A stretch of 64,000 bases of DNA from Octopus vulgaris (Eukaryota), in contig OX597832.1 of assembly GCA_951406725.2 (NCBI GenBank), positions 32,302,001-32,366,000 of the forward strand, written 5' to 3'. Under the pieces are notes generated by a model. That model searched no databases and was not told the DNA's origin. It saw only the letters and a program-made list of their open reading frames with translations. The translations under genes and the position numbers were made by a program. Shown one piece after another: positions 39,855 to 53,941 of the stretch; the first letter of the stretch is position 1, and the number at the start of each line of letters is the position of its first letter.

Positions 39855-41484
39855 AACGTGTTGGTGTTTATGGCGGATTGTAGAGAAGTTGCAAGAAAAG
39901 TGCAAGTGTAAGGGTTAAGCCTAAAAGGTGAATGGCGAATAATTATTTCTAATGATGTAATTAGTGTTAAAACAAAGGCAGAGGAAGACTAATTAAGTAA
40001 GTTGAAATGCAAGGGAAATTGGGAGGAAACATCTTCGTGCCAGAAGGTATAGAAAGGCACGGCCGCCCTGTGTGTAAATTTAAAATTAAAACATAATTAT
40101 AATGAAGAACAAGTAAGAGAAATAGTAATTGAATGATTGAATGAGCGAATGGAATGGTAAAGAAACCTTGTACAGCCAGAAGAAATGTAGAGACATGCTG
40201 TTGCTCTCTCATTCTCTCTCAATATATCTCCCATCCCCCTCTCTGTCTCTCTCTGTCTCTTACTGTTTCTCTCTTCCCCCCTCTCTCTCATACTCTCTGA
40301 TAATATATTTTAAAGTGCTAAATCTTATGGGAGATGAAGTAAATTGCGAAAATATATATTGCACTGTGTACATGTATCAATGTGCATGTCTGTCTGTATG
40401 CATACACACACAAGCACACACACATTAATATATGGTTGTATTTTTATATAATTCTGTGTTTGGTTTTATATATATATATATATATACATCCAAATATATG
40501 TAAATATGTGTATATGTATGTACGTATTTATGTGTGTATTTATGTATCTATCTCTTTATCTCATAGTAAAAATATATTCGGACAAAGACCTTGTAGGTTG
40601 CTGGGTAAAGCTCGTGCACAAATATTGGCTACCTAATGACATCACCAGTAATAATATATATGGTACTGGATTTACTTTAGGAATTATTTGGTGTCCGTAG
40701 GCAATATGTTTTTTTTTTGTGGGGTCCGGAGGCGGCAAAAGGAAGGGCCACCTCGGGTGGCACACGCTCTAGCTACACTAGTGCTTGCATCACAGATTCA
40801 GATTGCGCTGCGCTAGTTCTCCCCCTCGCCATTTTACTTAGCCATATAATAATATTTATATCTGAAGAGGTGCTGCACTCTAGCAGTTCTAGGAAGTGCT
40901 AGATTGCGGTTGTTGTTCCTTCCGACAAGGTCATTGCAAGTTAAGAAGTGGAGAAAGTTATAAAACTGAAAATCTGATAAATTAAGCATATAGGTATAAA
41001 AACGTGGACATGTCCATCGGAAAAAAGTAAAATTCACACCACTTAGCACTCTGAAACTAGGTTCAATCGCAAAGATTACTCTTCATTCACAGACGTTTGT
41101 TAGATTTGTCTGTAGGACTTGTCTGGCATCGCCCTTATGGCTCCAACACAGTGTAGGCAGCCCATCGAACAGGTTGAAGCATAGAAGCAGTATCGAAACC
41201 TCAGAGCACATTCTGGCATTACAATCACTGTCGAGTATTACGAGGTTTTCTGAAGTTACTTATACAGAAAGACTTTTACAATTTTACTTGTTTCAGTCAT
41301 TTGACTGCGGCCATGCGTAATCTGTGTAAGGAGGACCTTTTTATGTGTATACATATATACATTTTTCGTATTTCATGCATTTAATACATTTTATACATTG
41401 ATCTGTCTAATTCGCTTATTCCTGCATTCCCCTCTCTTTCTATCCCTTCTCATTTTCTCTCTCTCTCCCTTTATATATATACAT

Positions 41485-41547
<63 letters not shown>

Positions 41548-41566
41548 TATAGATTTAGAAATTTAG

Positions 41567-41620
<54 letters not shown>

Positions 41621-42553
41621 CATACATTTCTGTATACATACACACTCACACATACACACATACACATATGTATATATAAATGTGCATACCCATACATATA
41701 TATATACACACACACATACATATTTGTTTTTATGTGATTGTGTATGTATGTATACATGAATATACATATCCATATATATTTGCAGCTCCATTTAGTAAGT
41801 GTAAAAATTCAATAAAATTGTTCCCGGCGATATTGATTATAACACGCGGTCATCATCGTTTTTGCTTCCTTTCTTTTTTGTCATTTTCATGCATTTTTTT
41901 CTTTTTCATTTTGTACTGGAATTCTTTCTTCGCAGACAATACAAAACCGCTCTCCCATAGTCTAGCATTTAGTGGGTTTCTGAATATTTCACTATTACCA
42001 AAGAACTTCCCTAAAGTAACCTAAAACAAAACTTAGGTTAACACAGTGACAGATAATTATATTACGTGTGAAGTACATTCAGTGTAAGTTATCTTCAAGA
42101 GTGGCGAAGTATTATAAAGATTCAGTGGTTGGAGTTTTCTGTGAGGCATTTTACATCATTAGTAAACCTCGGATAACGGAAATCTAAGAAAACCGGCAAT
42201 ATTTCTAATCGGTTAAAAGAAAGACAAGATAAAATACCCGTTACATTTATATACACTCACACACACACAGACACACACACACAGACACACACACACACAC
42301 ACACACATGCACACACATGCACACACACACACACAGAGGCGCACGCACACGCATTCCCACTTAGACACACACACACACCTAATCGTAAGTTGAAAATATA
42401 TGCGCATATAAATATTTATGCATATTTGTGCATGTGTTTGTGTGTAAATGTGTATATGCACATAGCTATATGCATATTTTCATATATGTAAATTCATATA
42501 TTCATATATGTATATATATAATTATATATATATATGTATACACGCACACACAC

Positions 42554-42673
<120 letters not shown>

Positions 42674-42730
42674 TTATATGTAATCACACTTTAAGTTTGT
42701 TGAAATATATTTGTCAGATATTTCAACTGT

Positions 42731-42790
<60 letters not shown>

Positions 42791-43445
42791 TGTGTCTGTG
42801 TATATATGTATAAACCCCCACCAAATTATCATTGAACCGTTCATTGTATCATTGTATAATATGGCAAGAGTTATGTCCCCCATTTCAGATGAAACAATTG
42901 TAAATTGATATATTAAAAAGATTTGATCACTCGAATTTTCATATACAATGATATATTGAACGATTAAATGATAATTTGGGTGTATTACACACATAGTGAA
43001 AACTGTTACATTCATTCGATGGAATCAGTGATATTCTCAGACTTATAATTTCTTATAATTTATCGAACTATAACAAACTAAATGAAGTTATAAGTAATCA
43101 CCAGTCGATATGCCTATTCCTGGTACAGAACTTGAAAAGTTCTTATTTCTCACATATTTAAGAAATCCGTTTAGAAATCTTCTCAAGATGGGATTCAAAT
43201 GGTAATCGGAAGATTTTGAAACATCGGTGTTCCAAGATTACTTGTGCCAACGAGTCGCATGTTAAAAACACACATTCACCATAAAAGAGAGAAGTTGTTC
43301 TCCTGTGACGTACACATCAGCTATTAGCATATTTGCGTCTGATTCTGTCGGAATGTGTAAAGAATTAGTATAAAAATCATCATTTTATAATCATCATTTT
43401 ATAAAAATCATTTATACACACACATATACAGAGAGACAGACAGAT

Positions 43446-43563
<118 letters not shown>

Positions 43564-45724
43564 GATAGATATTCCTGCTGGTATGAATAAATATGCGAAG
43601 ATTTGAAACTTTGGTGCCTAAATAAAAATCCTTTACCCACACAAGAAAGTGAAAGTTCATGTAGCGAACACATATTTAATGCCTCATTTCCCACCAACCT
43701 CAAAAGCAAGATACCATAATTTCTATCCAATGAAATGAGAAATACGTGTCTTTGTATAATTATCCTGAAACTCTAACGCATATCTCTGCGAATATTTATA
43801 CTATCTCTAACCGTGGCAACATAAATCTAATCTTCAGCAATTTCCAACCTTATTTGACATTACAAATATTTATTTATATGAAATCGCCTAAAGCAGTGCA
43901 AACTAGGAATTCATGCACATTGCATCATTAAAATTTAATTTACTCGATTCTGCTAAGATGAAAGGCGAATTTGATGTTGTTTGTTTGTTTTTGGGTGCCA
44001 TCGACATTCTGTTCTTAGGAAGTTAGCCATTGCAATCACGTGGTTCTTGTTCCCAGTGAAGCATGTGCTAATTCCTCTAGTTATGCATTTATAGCAAGGG
44101 AAATTTTGCATATAGAAACCGCGTATAACATATTCCACATCTTCCTCCTCCGCCTCATCATCATCATCATCATCATCATCATCACCATCATCATCACCAA
44201 AGTTTCCTCCACTTTTTCCTCCTTTTCACAGCCTCATCATCTGCCGTCTTACTATACATGCATGCATATACATGTGTATATACATGTGCGTATGTGTGGG
44301 ATGTGTATATGTGTAGGTTTGTATGTGTGTATGCATGCATGTATGTATGTATGCTTATATGTATGCATGTGTGCGTGCACGCATCCATACGACCGTCAAC
44401 AGTGATATGATAAGATGTCTAAAGAGTGATGTCCCCAAATTAAAGACGTCAAGAAAACCTTATTCTCTTAAGTGCTTTATCCTACAGAAATCTACCATTT
44501 TATGTTTCCCAAAATAGGCAAATTTTCCCGAAAACTGGGGAAGAATATTACCCTCTAGAATCCGGTGTAGAAATGCAATTGTCATTTTTCTATAAAGAAA
44601 GAAAAAAAAAGCAATATGTGAAAACGACAGAGTCGGGATTTGAAACCAGGATATTAATTGACGTAATGTTAATCTATTGCGTCTCTCTGTATGAATGTTC
44701 TATTTCTGTCAATATCATACTGTCTCACCTATTAATAATAGTTGGAATGTACTTAGAAGCGCAGACGATTATATCGATGATATAGTACACAATATTGACC
44801 GATACTTCATTTCATCAACAGCAGAATGATGAAAGAAATCACTGACACCAGGCCTTGAACGGAAAGAGGCGTGGTTAAATACCAGGAGACATCTTGCTCG
44901 CCGCTCTACCAATTATGCTCACAACCTTCTTTTAGCGTTTTAATAGTAATAGCTATTTACATAACAGCAAATCTTGTTGCAAGAAATGGCGCCAGAATTT
45001 CGCCGTAATCGACATTGGTCGGCTCCAGTTTTACTTCCACGAAGAATTTACAGTTTCAAGCAAGTAATTATCAATAGCTTTGTCATTACTATTCACATGT
45101 ATGGCATCCTACAATTTTATTTTCTGATTATTTAAATTGAAGTCTCCGACATTGGGCTGTGGCTATGATGGGACGCCGATATCAGGAGTTTTGTAGAAAC
45201 ATATTGATACAAATACTTATTTTATTGATCACTAAACATTAGTGTTTTACGCATCAAAAATAAATTGGGGCCGCTCAGCACACCGTTCCACAGAGGTCAA
45301 AATGAATACAGCAGGATTATGATAATATGAGCCAAGGAAGGTGATCATTGTTGCTGTTAGTTATTTTGCCCCAGAGCACCTCTAATTAAAAAAAGAGTTT
45401 GAAATTGTAACACAGATTTCTTAAGAAGTATAAAGATTGCTGTATAACATTATAATGGATACATTTTAGGTTTCTTTTTGTTTTTGTAAGATGATAGAGC
45501 TTGAACTGACAAATACTTCATAGTTATCCCAGCAGGCCACACATTGAGATCGACGCCCCCTGTTGGGAGCTAGACAAATTGCTGCAGATCAAGGAAATGG
45601 ATTTTTTATGCTAGGGTTGTGCATTTGGAGTATGTTTCATAATGGCAGTATATTAGTGCAACAATCTTCACAAGTTTGATTCCTACAAAATTAATGATAA
45701 CTCACAAACTATTACAATTAATCA

Positions 45725-45888
45725 CCGTATTTACTTGTGTATAAGTCGCCATCTAATTCTATGTATAATCTTAGTACAAAATATTTTTCTCGTCATGGGT
45801 TTACCGTGGACCCATGTATAACCCCACCCCAGTTATTTCAGTTTAAATCAAGTATAAAGTAGCGCAACTAACACACGAGGAAATACGG
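45725..45888. mobile_element. pogo/Tc1-type MITE
   Basis: Terminal inverted repeats ccgtatttacttgtgtataag and ctaacacacgaggaaatacgg, with no coding capacity. Confidence 0.6.
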
Positions 45889-46394
45889 CATTTCCAGATG
45901 ATAATTAACATCCTTAATAGGTTTTTTGCTAATGATTTGCTATTTGCACCTACTTTGTTATTTTCTCTCCTCTTTGTCCAGATATTTGGAAAGAATATGC
46001 CTTGTTGACGAAACCTTGCAAGAGTGAAGAATGATGGAATGGTCAGAGTGCATATAACTATATTACTTTTTCTTTTAGAGAATGCTGTCTTTATCATATA
46101 AAGATATATAGTATGTAATTTTAAATTCGTTCTTCATTAATTATACTTTCACTATCATAACGATAGTTTCCCTTACAGATGGCGTCACTGAGTGATTCGC
46201 ATCATTGTTCAAACTACATACATATATGCAAATGAATCAGCTTTAGTACATTGATGGCTCTTGCTGTACTCAGTGGCTCAGTGTGGTGTCAGCTTTAATT
46301 TTCAGTCACTGACAGGGAAGCAGCTGCCTTTTAATCCTCTCACAAATGTTATCTCTCTTCTATAATCATTTCCTTGACCATTGCTCTGATGGCC

Positions 46395-48290
46395 ATGGCT
46401 AAAACATACAAAGAAAAACAAACCCTGCCACTTATAATTCTATTCATGCAGAGGCAAACGATTTAAACACAAAGTATAAAATAGAAGAAAAATAACAGAA
46501 ATCTCATCTCACAAAATCCTCATAACTCTGAAAGACCATAAAAATAACTTTAAAAATAATCCTAACAACATAAAAATAATCCTAGCTGTAGATTAATTAA
46601 TCCCACAAATAGCGAAATAGGAATTATTAGTAAATCCTTGTTAGATAATATAATAATACATATCAGAACATACACAAATCTTACCCAATGGATATGCTGT
46701 AGTGAAAACTATTGAATGGTTTAAAAAAATAAAAGATAAACCCAAATGCAATTTGATACAATTCGATGTCGTAGAGTTCTACTCCTCGATCTCAAAAAGC
46801 TTGCTTCAGAAGGCGCTTGAATTTGGTAAGATATATATTTTTATATTTATATTTTATCTAGTTTCAGCTCACGAGCTGTGGCCATGCTGGGGCACAACAA
46901 ATACAAACCTTTTCTATTATAGGCACAAGGCATGAGGTTTTGGAGGAGGGGAATAGTCGATTACATTGACCACAGAATTTCGCTGGTACTTAACTTATCG
47001 ACCCGAAAGGATGAAAGGCAAAGTCTATCCCGGAGGAATTTGAACTCAGAAATACTGCTGAGCATTTCGCCCGGCGTGCTATCGACTCTGCCAGCTCGCT
47101 GCCTTATTAATAACAAATACAAACATCGATATGATTATGATGACTATTCCTTTTAGGTAAAAAAGAATGGAGACGAGCTATTTGACGAGGAAAAGGGGAG
47201 CTCTGACGGTGCTGACATAGCTGACCTTATAGGCCTGTATTCCCTAAATACACTTTAAAAGGAAATAATAGAAGCTAACATAGGTTTATATAGGGACGAT
47301 GGCGTGGGAATTGTCCAATATAAAATCGGACATGATATCCATAGAATAGGCAAATAATTATGCAAATTATTTAGACAATTAGGCCTCAGAAATATAATTA
47401 GTATTAAAAGACGACAACTTCCTAGATATTAACATGGATTTTAACACAAGAAAATTTAAACCCTACCACAAACAGAACTAAAAAACCTCGTTCATAGACA
47501 TAGTTTCCAAATACGTACCAGCGTAATTAAGCAAATACGTAAGATCATTTGGAGGCGAGTCTCAAATTTATCCTCCGACAAAGACACTCCTGAAAAAGCC
47601 GCTCCATATTATAATGCCACGTTTGAAGGATCCAACGTCAAGAGTAACATATACTACACTAAACTTCTAGCTAGAAACTTCTTAAAAACTAATAGACACC
47701 CACTTTCCACATTAACACAAATAGCACAAGATCATCAACAGAAATACTATTAAAGTTAAATATAGTTGCCACCCCAATAATGAATCAACAATACACAATC
47801 ACAATAGACATAAACGCCTCAGAAACACCCCCGAAAAACAATGCCGCGAAGGACAATGCAACTGTAGATCTCCAAACCACTGCCTTCTAAACAACCGTCT
47901 TGAGAGAGAACTCGTATACAAGGCCAAGTTTACGGACCCCAACGGAATAGAAAAGATGTATATCGGAACAACGAGCAACTCGTTCAAGGAAAGATATATA
48001 CAATATCTGGCGCCATTCAGAGACAAAAATAAAAATATAAAACATACAACATCCCTGGCAAATATGATATGCACATAGAAAGAAGGTGGAATAAGCTACC
48101 CCAAGTTAGAAAGGAATTTTATTGCTACAGTCAAAAACTACAGAGGACGGGTTACCGAATATGAATTCTTTATTAGTGAAAAATTAAACCTTATACAATC
48201 AAGAGATAACATCATAAACATGAGGGTTGAAACCCTCTCTCTCTACATACGCAAATAATATTTTACACTCAAATATTTCAAAGAAGAACC
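46395..48290 (+). mobile_element. Decayed Penelope-like retroelement: reverse transcriptase plus GIY-YIG endonuclease pseudogene, interrupted by SINEs
   Basis: RT motifs are ITLKDHKNNF..CRLINPTNSEIGIISK, IQFDVVEFYSSIS, LFDEEKGSSDGADIADLIGLY and NIGLYRDDG. The endonuclease reads CNCRSPNHCLLNN..LVYKAKF..KMYIGTTSNSFKERY. There are many stops and frameshifts. Confidence 0.9.
46909..47105 (-). mobile_element. SINE family A inserted in the PLE RT, with TSD, next to a family B tail fragment (46855-46895)
   Basis: Family A motifs are present. The direct repeat aacaaatacaaac occurs at 46896-46908 and 47112-47124. Confidence 0.85.
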
Positions 48291-48765
48291 ACTATCTGTG
48301 GCGGTAATCCCACTAGGATAGCCCATTTCATTTACGTGAAATCTGAATCCACATGGCACACAAACTCCACACACAGAAGAAATATGTCCCAATGGTGAAC
48401 TACCTCTGCACACAAGTATAAGTAACCATGCCCAGAACAAAAACAAAATACTGCAAACAAATTGACCACACAACAATTTTCCCAAGAGAAATTCAAGGAA
48501 GACAAATATCCAAAAGAGGACACCAGAGGTAACGTCACTTGATTCATCGATGCACTATTTCATTTACGTGAATTCACGAGAATCTCCGTGAACTAAACGA
48601 GGCTGTGTTTTCCAAAATGTAGGAGAGCACCTTTCGTCATGTGATTGGCTTCAAAAATTATTAATACACTAGAATATTTCCTCCTTTTTTTTAACATGAA
48701 ACCAGTGTTAACCTTAATTCACAAATACAGAAAAGAAATACATATATATATAGATGAGGATAAAC

Positions 48766-48941
48766 ATAGATAAGGCTGGTCTATTGGATTACCTTGAGTT
48801 TCATGTCCATAAAACACTATACTGTGACCCTCAGAACATAAGCCTGTTGCCCACCCGGTTTAGGGTTTGATGATATGCTGTAAAGCTAAGCGCTTTACAG
48901 ACGTGAAACTTGAGGTAATCCCATAGACTGGCCTTATCTAT
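48766..48941. mobile_element. Foldback element of two head-to-head hammerhead motifs (family copy 2)
   Basis: The terminal arms are atagataaggctggtctattggattaccttgagtttcatgtc and gacgtgaaacttgaggtaatcccatagactggccttatctat. Right arm: tagggt TTGATGA tatg ctgtaaag ctaagcg ctttacag acgt GAAAC ttgag GTA atccca, homologous to 22966-23028. Confidence 0.7.
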
Positions 48942-49149
48942 ATTTACCTATATGCTACTTTTTCAGATCTGTGATTTACTGGCGGTATATGTGTGTGTGT
49001 TTTCGTGTGTGTGTGTGTGTTTCTGTATATATATATATGTATGTATGTGTGTATGTATGTATGTATGTATATGTATATATATATATATATTCATATATGT
49101 ATGTGTTTGCACATATATACAAGTATGTGTGCGTATCTATAAATGTGTA

Positions 49150-49850
49150 TCACTTCGTGTGTGTTTGTCCCCCACCATCTCTTGACGAGCCTTGATTCGT
49201 TTACTTTTCCGTATATAAGCGATTCGGCCAATAAGATTGATAAAATAAGTAACATGATTTAAAAGTAGATATAAACACAAGGGAAAATTTGTTCGACTTG
49301 ATCCTTCATCTCGGGGCTGCGGAATGATTGCAGTGAACGAAGCAAGTAAAATTCAAGAGAAAACATAAAATGAATTTAAAATCTAAATTTTTCTCGCAAA
49401 TTCCTCACCATTTTAAAATCCATAATACATTTTCGTAGTATTACTGGCTGGTACATTTAAGTGTGTGCGTATGTGTGTGTGTGTGCGCATGTGTGTGAAC
49501 ATTAGATCCAATAACTTCGTTGAGTGTGTTTGCTTTTTCTTAGCTTTCATAGGAAATGCTGTTACTTTTTCTACATTTTTGTGCTGTTTCATATTTTGTG
49601 ATTTAATATATCAAAACCCGGCCAAGAACTTTAAAAACATCCGAATAACTATAGGAACAAGCGCAGACATGACTGTGTGTTAAAACTCAATGTTTTCCAA
49701 CTACATACTTACGGGGTCAGTCCCACTACGAGGCACCATAGGCAAGTTTCTTCTGCTAGTGCTTCAGGTTGATCTGAGCTATGTGAGAGGAACAGTCACG
49801 CGGAAACTGAAAAAAGCTCCTTAAGGCGGTACCTCAGCGTGTCTAAAAAG
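49150..49850 (+). mobile_element. Diverged SINE family B pieces (3' part at about 49150-49360, head and CORE-like part at about 49655-49850)
   Basis: gtgtttgtcccccaccatc...gattcggccaa..gataaaataagta and ggggtcagtcccactacgaggcaccataggcaagtttcttctgcta match the 30.6-31.06 kb copy. Confidence 0.6.
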
Positions 49851-50536
49851 AAGCAAGATTTAAAATACAACGGATAGCATTAATTTAAGTCTAATTTCTT
49901 TCCCCAAATTTCTCATTTATTATTTCTAAACTCATAATTTAATTTTCAGGTACAACTGGCTGACACCCTAAAGTTGCACGCGCGTGTGAGTGTGATTATG
50001 TGTGTTAAATCCTATAATTTTGTTGTTTATTTTCGTTTGCTTTCAAGTTATAACGCACACGAATTTGAGTGTGTGAAATTCTCCATTTTTCTTTTTTTTA
50101 TTTTCGCCTTTTTTGTAGTGTTTCATGTTTTCTGGTTTAATATCTCAAAATAAACACAGAACTTGGAAAAGAAGAAAAAAATGGGAATAAATCAGGTTCG
50201 TTCTTCGTTCTGATGAACAATCAAATTGGATGATATTAGAAAAAAACAAAAAAAAGAAGAAAAGACTATATCTCATATTAATAACTTCGTCACATCATCA
50301 CTAATGCGCTTGAGATCTCTTTCCATTAAAAACAAACAAAAAACAGCACAAAACAAAATAACATTATTGATCAAATACTGTTTTAATTCCTAACACATCG
50401 TTAAACTAATTATACAATTACTGGTCTTTTTATTTTCAAAACTACGGTTCAACAATGTAAATTTTAGTTTTAACGTTCTTGTTGAAAATGTCGTCGTCGT
50501 CATCATCATCATCATGGTCAGCATAATATAGTCACT

Positions 50537-50568
<32 letters not shown>

Positions 50569-50658
50569 TAAACGGCAGCAGCAGCAGTAGTAGTAGTAGT
50601 GGTAACAATAATAATAATCAGGATTTCAGAATCACATCAAGTTCTTCCGTCTCCATTT

Positions 50659-50765
<107 letters not shown>

Positions 50766-50778
50766 CATTATTATTCCT

Positions 50779-50993
50779 GCGAGCTGGCAGAAACGTTAGC
50801 GCGCCTGGCGAAATGCTTAGCAGTATTTCGTCTGTCGTTACGTTCTGAGTTCAAATTCCGCCGAGGTCGACTTTGCCTTTCATTCTTAAATACGTACCAG
50901 TTACGCACTGGAATCGATGTAATCGACTTAATCCCTTTGTCTGTCCATATTTGTCCCCTCTATGTTTGGCCCCTTGTGGGCAGTAAAGAAATA
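50779..50993 (+). mobile_element. SINE family A copy after (CAT)n/(TAT)n
   Basis: gcgagctggcagaaacgttagcgcgcctggcgaaatgcttagcagtatttcgtc...gagttcaaattccgccgaggtcgactttgcctttcat...ccccttgtgggcagtaaagaaata. Confidence 0.9.
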
Positions 50994-51147
50994 TATTACT
51001 ATTATAATAATGATTATAATTATAGTTATTTTTATTGTTATTATTATCAATGTTGTTATTTTTATTATCATTACCCTGAACATTATTATAATCATTAGTT
51101 GTGGGCAGCAACAATAGTAGTTGTAGTTGTAGTAGTATTAGTAAAGA

Positions 51148-51316
51148 GAGCGAGCGAGTGGAACCGTTAGCAGCGGGGTGCGAAATGGTTTAGCTATGTT
51201 TCATCAGTCTTTTCGTTTTGAGTTCAAATTCTGTCACCACAGCACATACCCAAGGCACACAGAGCTGCGCTCGGTAGTGGAGTGAAAGCACGAAATGAAA
51301 ATAAAACTACTGAATA
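51148..51316 (+). mobile_element. Chimera: SINE A tRNA-like head joined to a Dong 3' UTR, ending in (TAA)n
   Basis: 51148-51233 is a family A head up to the B box (gagttcaaattctg). 51238-51316 is nearly identical to the reverse complement of the Dong 3' UTR at 52824-52900. Confidence 0.75.
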
Positions 51317-51330
51317 GTAATAATAATAAC

Positions 51331-51391
<61 letters not shown>

Positions 51392-51941
51392 GAATTGTTG
51401 GCTTTGCTCGTGGTTTCAAAAGACTGACCGCCATCGTCACTAATGTTTTGGAGATAATTACTGATTGAACTGTCGTTATCAACAATATCAACATCGTTTC
51501 AACGTGATGATCCTCGCAGTCATCATTATGATCTTTGTCATCGTGTTAGGACATCGTCATCAACATCGCCACCGCCTTTATCGCCCTTCTCGTTGTCATC
51601 GTTGTCATCAACATTATTATTACTTTAATTGCAACAGTTGTTGACTGTTATTGCTCGCTTTATAATAATAATAATAGTAATAATCATAATAATCATAATA
51701 ATGATAATAATGAGAAGAAGAAGAAGAAGAAGAAGGAGAAGAAGAAGAAGAAGAAGAAGAAGAAGAAGAAGAAGAAGATGAAGATGATGAAGATGAGAAA
51801 GAAGAAGAAGATGAAGAAAAAAATGAACAAAAATAAGAAAATGATGAAGAATTGCTATTATTATTTCATTTATCTAGTTTGAGCTCACGAGCTGGGGCAC
51901 AGCCATAATAATAATTATCATCATCATCATCATCATCATCA

Positions 51942-52010
<69 letters not shown>

Positions 52011-52731
52011 TATTCACCACAAGAGTTTACATTAAGAAAAACATTATGGACAGTACAAATTACTACTACTACTAATACTACTACTATTACTACTACTACT
52101 ACTACAACTTCATCATTATCATGATCATCGTCGTTGTCGTCGTCGTCGTCGTCGTCATCGTCTCTATCATCACCATCGTCATCACCACCTCCTCATCCAC
52201 CACCACCCCCAGCACCACCATCATCATCATCATCATCATCATCGTAGCTTTTCTGCTGCCACGCCATTCGATGTCACCATGTCAAACGATAATTTCTTTT
52301 GTTATTGTTTAAAGAGTAAGAAGAATTTGCGCTGTTTTCATCTGTTTCCGCTCCACCGATTCGGGAGAATAAAACAATTAAACTAATTGCCTGAAATAAC
52401 AATGCCAACAACAACAACAACAACAACAACAACAACGACGACGACGACATCAGCAACAAACTTTAGACATTAAGAAACGAAAACAAGTCAAGAAAAGAAA
52501 ATGTGAATGAAAGAATAAGTGAATGAAAGAATAAGTGAATGAATGAGTGAATTTGCTTAAATATAAAATCCAGAATTTTATTTTATATTGTTTTTATTTT
52601 TGGAACTAAAATTTTTGCAAAGGGTAAAAAATTCCTATACAGGATCTCTTGCACAATTAAGGATGAGATGAATTCTAGAACGAAAAATGTTTTATAAATC
52701 TAAAATAAAATGAAGTCTGGGAATACTTTGG

Positions 52732-52823
<92 letters not shown>

Positions 52824-52827
<4 letters not shown>

Positions 52828-53378
52828 TAGTTTTATTTTTATAGCGTGCTTTCACTTCACTACCGAGCGCAGCTCTGTGTGCCTTGGGTATGTGCTGTGA
52901 TTTGTTGTGATGCTCTGATGGTTATTGTATGGAAAGTGTTCTGCGTAGGATGTGTGCAGTGCCTAGTAGTGCAATTTTCTGTATGTTATATGTGTTTGTA
53001 AGTCCTGGTGTTTTTGTTATGTATTTGTCTGAATATTTTTTTATCATGCCTAATGCACCTACTATGATAGGAATTGTTTCTGTTTTCAGATTCCACATTC
53101 TAGTTACCTCTATTTCCAGGTCTTTGTATTTTGAGAGTTTCTCCATTTCTTTTAGAGACACGTTGTCATCAGCCGGTATTGATACATCAATTAGAAAGCA
53201 TTTTTTTTCTTCATGATCTCTGACAACTATATCTGGTCTGTTGGCCTTAATTTCTCTATCTGTGTGTATCGGCATATCCCAGAGTATGGTTGCTTTCTCG
53301 TTTTCTGTGACCTTTTCTGGTGTGTGCCTATACCATCTTTTTTCTGTTGTTATTCCATAATGTTGGCATAGCTTCCAT
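52824..53378 (-). mobile_element. 5'-truncated R4/Dong LINE (intact endonuclease reading frame plus 3' UTR) inside (TAA)n
   Basis: WKLCQHYGI..ILWDMPIHTDREIKANRPDIVVRD..LIDVSIPADDNVSLKEMEKLSKYKDL..IPIIVGALG..LLGTAHILRRTLSIQ*, a PD-(D/E)xK restriction-like endonuclease. (TAA)n flanks both sides. Confidence 0.95.
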
Positions 53379-53389
53379 ATTATTACTAC

Positions 53390-53469
<80 letters not shown>

Positions 53470-53628
53470 TATGTTTGACTTTTGCTTTATATTTGTACAA
53501 GTTGGCTCCAAGTCTCACCCAGAGACCTCAAGAGACAACAGGTTGGAAGTTCATGTTGTTGTTATGCCTAGTGTGCCATATATTTGGGGGGAGTTTTTGG
53601 TGTTGTACTAATGAATGTCTAAAAAAAA

Positions 53629-53741
53629 GTTTGTAAGTCCTGGTGTTTTTGTTATGTATTTGTCTGAATATTTTTTATCATACTTAATGCACCTACTATG
53701 ATAGGAATTGTTTCTGTTTATAGATTCCCCTTTCGAGTTAT
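53629..53741 (-). mobile_element. Short Dong endonuclease fragment duplicating 54115-54228
   Basis: It shares the variant tctgtttatagattcccctt with the 53.9-54.4 kb copy and not with the 52.8-53.4 kb copy. Confidence 0.8.
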
Positions 53742-53756
53742 ATTATCATTCTTCTT

Positions 53757-53941
<185 letters not shown>

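Noticed and set aside
52922-53518. 198-aa ORF as a real gene
   Set aside because: The N-terminus is read-through of (TAA)n and an unrelated fragment. Only the C-terminal part is a truncated Dong endonuclease.
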